A DNA stretch of 64,000 nucleotides from Macrostomum lignano (lineage: Eukaryota): positions 51,979-115,978 of the forward strand of contig NIVC01001897.1 of NCBI GenBank assembly GCA_002269645.1. The letters are read 5' to 3'. The translations under genes were made by a program, and so were the position numbers. How positions within the stretch are numbered: position 1 is the first letter of the stretch; every line of letters starts with the position of its first letter. The notes beneath the pieces are model-generated. The model searched no databases. It was not told where the DNA came from and was given only the letters and a program-made list of their open reading frames with translations. Below are positions 61,027 through 64,000 of the stretch, piece by piece.

Positions 61027-61320
61027 CATACATGCGCAATCCAAAATTCGGTCGGCCGTGCGACTTAGTTTTAACAAAAATGCGACGTAGTTTTTGGCCA
61101 AAAATGCGACTTACATGTAAAAAACCCTAGAGCAAAATTAACGCAACTTTGGGTAAACGGCAGGAGTAACTATGACTGTCCTATTAAGGCAAAATGCCTC
61201 GTCAGCTACTTAGTACTACTACTTGGGTATTTTTTGGGTTGGCATTTTCGCGATTTCCTTGGTTGGCCACCAAATCAGTCGGCCAGATTGGCCGACTCGG
61301 CCGACTGTTGCGTATGTATG
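61027..61320. mobile_element. Putative non-autonomous TIR element (MITE-like) inserted in (TATC)n, carrying a 28S rRNA fragment
   Basis: Left end CATACATGCGCAA (61027-61039) vs right end TTGCGTATGTATG (61308-61320) = 12/13 inverted match, plus GTCGGCCG (61051-61058)/CGGCCGAC (61298-61305); both flanks resume TATC in register. Confidence 0.55.
61151..61214 (+). pseudogene. Degenerate 28S rRNA fragment (helix 69 region, R2/I-PpoI target site)
   Basis: GGGTAAACGGCAGGAGTAACTATGACTGTCCTATTAAGGCAAAATGCCTCGTCAGCTACTTAGT vs the conserved eukaryotic LSU GGGTAAACGGCGGGAGTAACTATGACTCTCTTAAGGTAGCCAAATGCCTCGTCATCTAATTAGT (recalled consensus): exact runs of 11, 15 and 13 nt. Confidence 0.85.
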
Positions 61321-62460
<1,140 letters not shown>

Positions 62461-62558
62461 ATCCAATACAGTCCCTCTACTAAACTATTCAGTAGTATAA
62501 GAGTTGTGTAGTTAAAAAAATCCTCAACGATAACCCAACCCGCCTCCAATTTAACCAG

Positions 62559-62878
62559 GCGAGCCGCACGGCAGCCGCTACATGTCTCTGCCAGTCGGAG
62601 CGTCCGAGCTCGATCCCCGTCGGATGCAGCTGCTCCAGCTCATGGAAGAAGATCCGCTGCTTTCGCAACAGCAGCAGCAGCAGCAGCACGAGAACATTCC
62701 TTTGACGCTTAGCGGCGCAGGCTGCAGCACCTTCAGCCGGCACCAGCACCATCAGCAGCCGGTGCTTAACTTGCTCGAGGACCCGCAGTTCAACCAGGTG
62801 AAACTGGTTGGCCGCTCGCCAATCGCTTGCCGCCAATCGCCGGCAGCCGCTCGGCAACGCCCCAGCAACCGTTGCTAA
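62559..62878 (+). CDS. PCDH: Protocadherin terminal coding exon 9 (3' end uncertain)
   Basis: Acceptor ttaaccAG 62557-62558; phase 1 completes G|GC with exon 8; encodes EPHGSRYMSLPV..QQQQQQQ..GCSTFSR..; TAA 62876-62878. A possible further donor lies at 62798. Confidence 0.72.
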
Positions 62879-63079
62879 GCAGTTTTTGGCGGCAACCAGA
62901 CCAGAACTCTGGCGGTGGCGGCGACGGCGCCGGCTCGGGAACTGCTGCGGTCTAACAGACGCCATGTGCTGTGAAATTCAGGACTTGATTGAGTTGATTC
63001 GTGCGACTAAGGGTTTTAGATATCATTTTTAGGTCGCGGTGACTGCAAATTACTGAGATTTAAGGTGAGATTAAGGGAG

Positions 63080-63412
63080 ATAGATGCATCTAGAGATAAG
63101 CGAAAAACTGTGGGAGATAAAGGGAGAGACAGTGAGAGATGAAGGGAGAGCCAGGGAGAGATGAAGGGAGAGACAGTGAGAGATGAAGGGGAGACAGTGA
63201 GAGATGAAGGGAGAGACAGTAAGATGAAGGGAGAGACAGTGAAAGATAAAAGGAAAAAACAGTGAGAGATGAAGGGAGAGACAGTGAGAGATGAAGGGGA
63301 GAAAGAGGTGAAGGAGAGAGACGGTTAGAGATGAAGGAGATACAGTGAGAGATGAAGGGAGAGACAGTGAGAGATGAAGGAAGATAGAGTGAGAGATGAA
63401 GGAAGATAGAGT
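63080..63412 (+). repeat. 22-bp purine-rich minisatellite
   Basis: AGTGAGAGATGAAGGGAGAGAC units. Confidence 0.9.
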
Positions 63413-63433
63413 NNNNNNNNNNNNNNNNNNNNN
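63413..63433. other. Assembly gap (21 N)
   Basis: Run of N between two different arrays. Confidence 0.99.
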
Positions 63434-63900
63434 AAGATCTGAGAATTTGAGGATCTGAAGATCTGAGAATTTGAGGATCTGAGAATTGGAGGATTTGAGC
63501 ATCTGAGGATCTGAAGATCTGAGAATTTGAGGATTTGAGCATTGAGAGATTTGAAGATCTGAGAATTTGAGGATTTGAGCATCTGAGGATCTGAAGATCT
63601 GAGAATTGAGGATTTGAGCATCTGAGGATCTGAAGATCTGAGAATTTGAGGATTTGAGCATCTGAGGATTTGAGGATCTGAGGATTTGAGGATCTGAGAA
63701 TTGAGAATTTAAGGATTTGAGGACTAATTAATCTGAGGATTTGAGCATCTGAGGATTTGAGGATCTGAGAATTTGAGAATTTAAGGATTTGAGACTAATT
63801 AATCTGAGGATTTGAGGATCTGAGAATTTGAGAATTTGAGAATCAGGGAATTTGAGGATCTGAGGATGAGGATCTGAGGATTTGAGGATCTGAGGATCTA
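63434..63900 (+). repeat. GAGGAT/GATCT-family degenerate satellite
   Basis: TGAGGATCTGAAGATCTGAGAATTTGAGGATTTGAGCATC units. Confidence 0.9.
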
Positions 63901-63938
63901 CTAATGGGCAGATGTGCAACCGACAGCTCAGCCGCAGC

Positions 63939-64000
63939 TATTGCGCAGCGCATCTGAAGGCTGCGTACGGCTGTTCAGTCCAAAGACTGGAGGGGGGTCG
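63939..64000 (+). repeat. Dispersed repeat, copy 2 (runs off the window)
   Basis: Near-identical to 3085-3141. Confidence 0.85.

Noticed and set aside
61151-61214. Functional rRNA gene
   Set aside because: Only about 64 nt, diverged, and no flanking rDNA; kept as a pseudogenic fragment.

Overview
Repeat-saturated eukaryotic (metazoan) genomic DNA, not a prokaryotic window. The style (GC-rich exons with polyQ/polyP, introns filled with mini/microsatellites, a 7-EC protocadherin) would fit a free-living flatworm such as a macrostomid, but that is inference only. Two protein-coding genes are well supported. (1) A two-exon PP1 glycogen-targeting subunit (PPP1R3 family: RVxF + CBM21), minus strand 2054-3928, about 440 aa. 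(2) A nine-exon delta-type protocadherin, plus strand 44760-62878, about 1100 aa (signal peptide, 7 EC repeats, TM, cytoplasmic DSGHG and WIRS-like motifs). The rest is more than 30 distinct tandem arrays (nearly all long ORFs in the track are artefacts of these), a tRNA-derived SINE, a foldback element, a long miRNA-like hairpin and a 21-N gap. No CRISPR array or intact tRNA/rRNA gene was seen. The most unusual observations are: (a) a 294-bp element with terminal inverted repeats, inserted in a (TATC)n microsatellite, that carries a degenerate 28S rRNA fragment spanning the R2/I-PpoI target site, altered right at that site; and (b) a protocadherin whose introns are built from tandem amplifications of their own splice-site sequences (seven in-frame GTGAGT donors, twin in-frame acceptors, all-phase-0 ectodomain exons), with one cytoplasmic exon bracketed by inverted satellite arrays. 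All exon models, alignments and folds were done by eye, with no database search or expression data.
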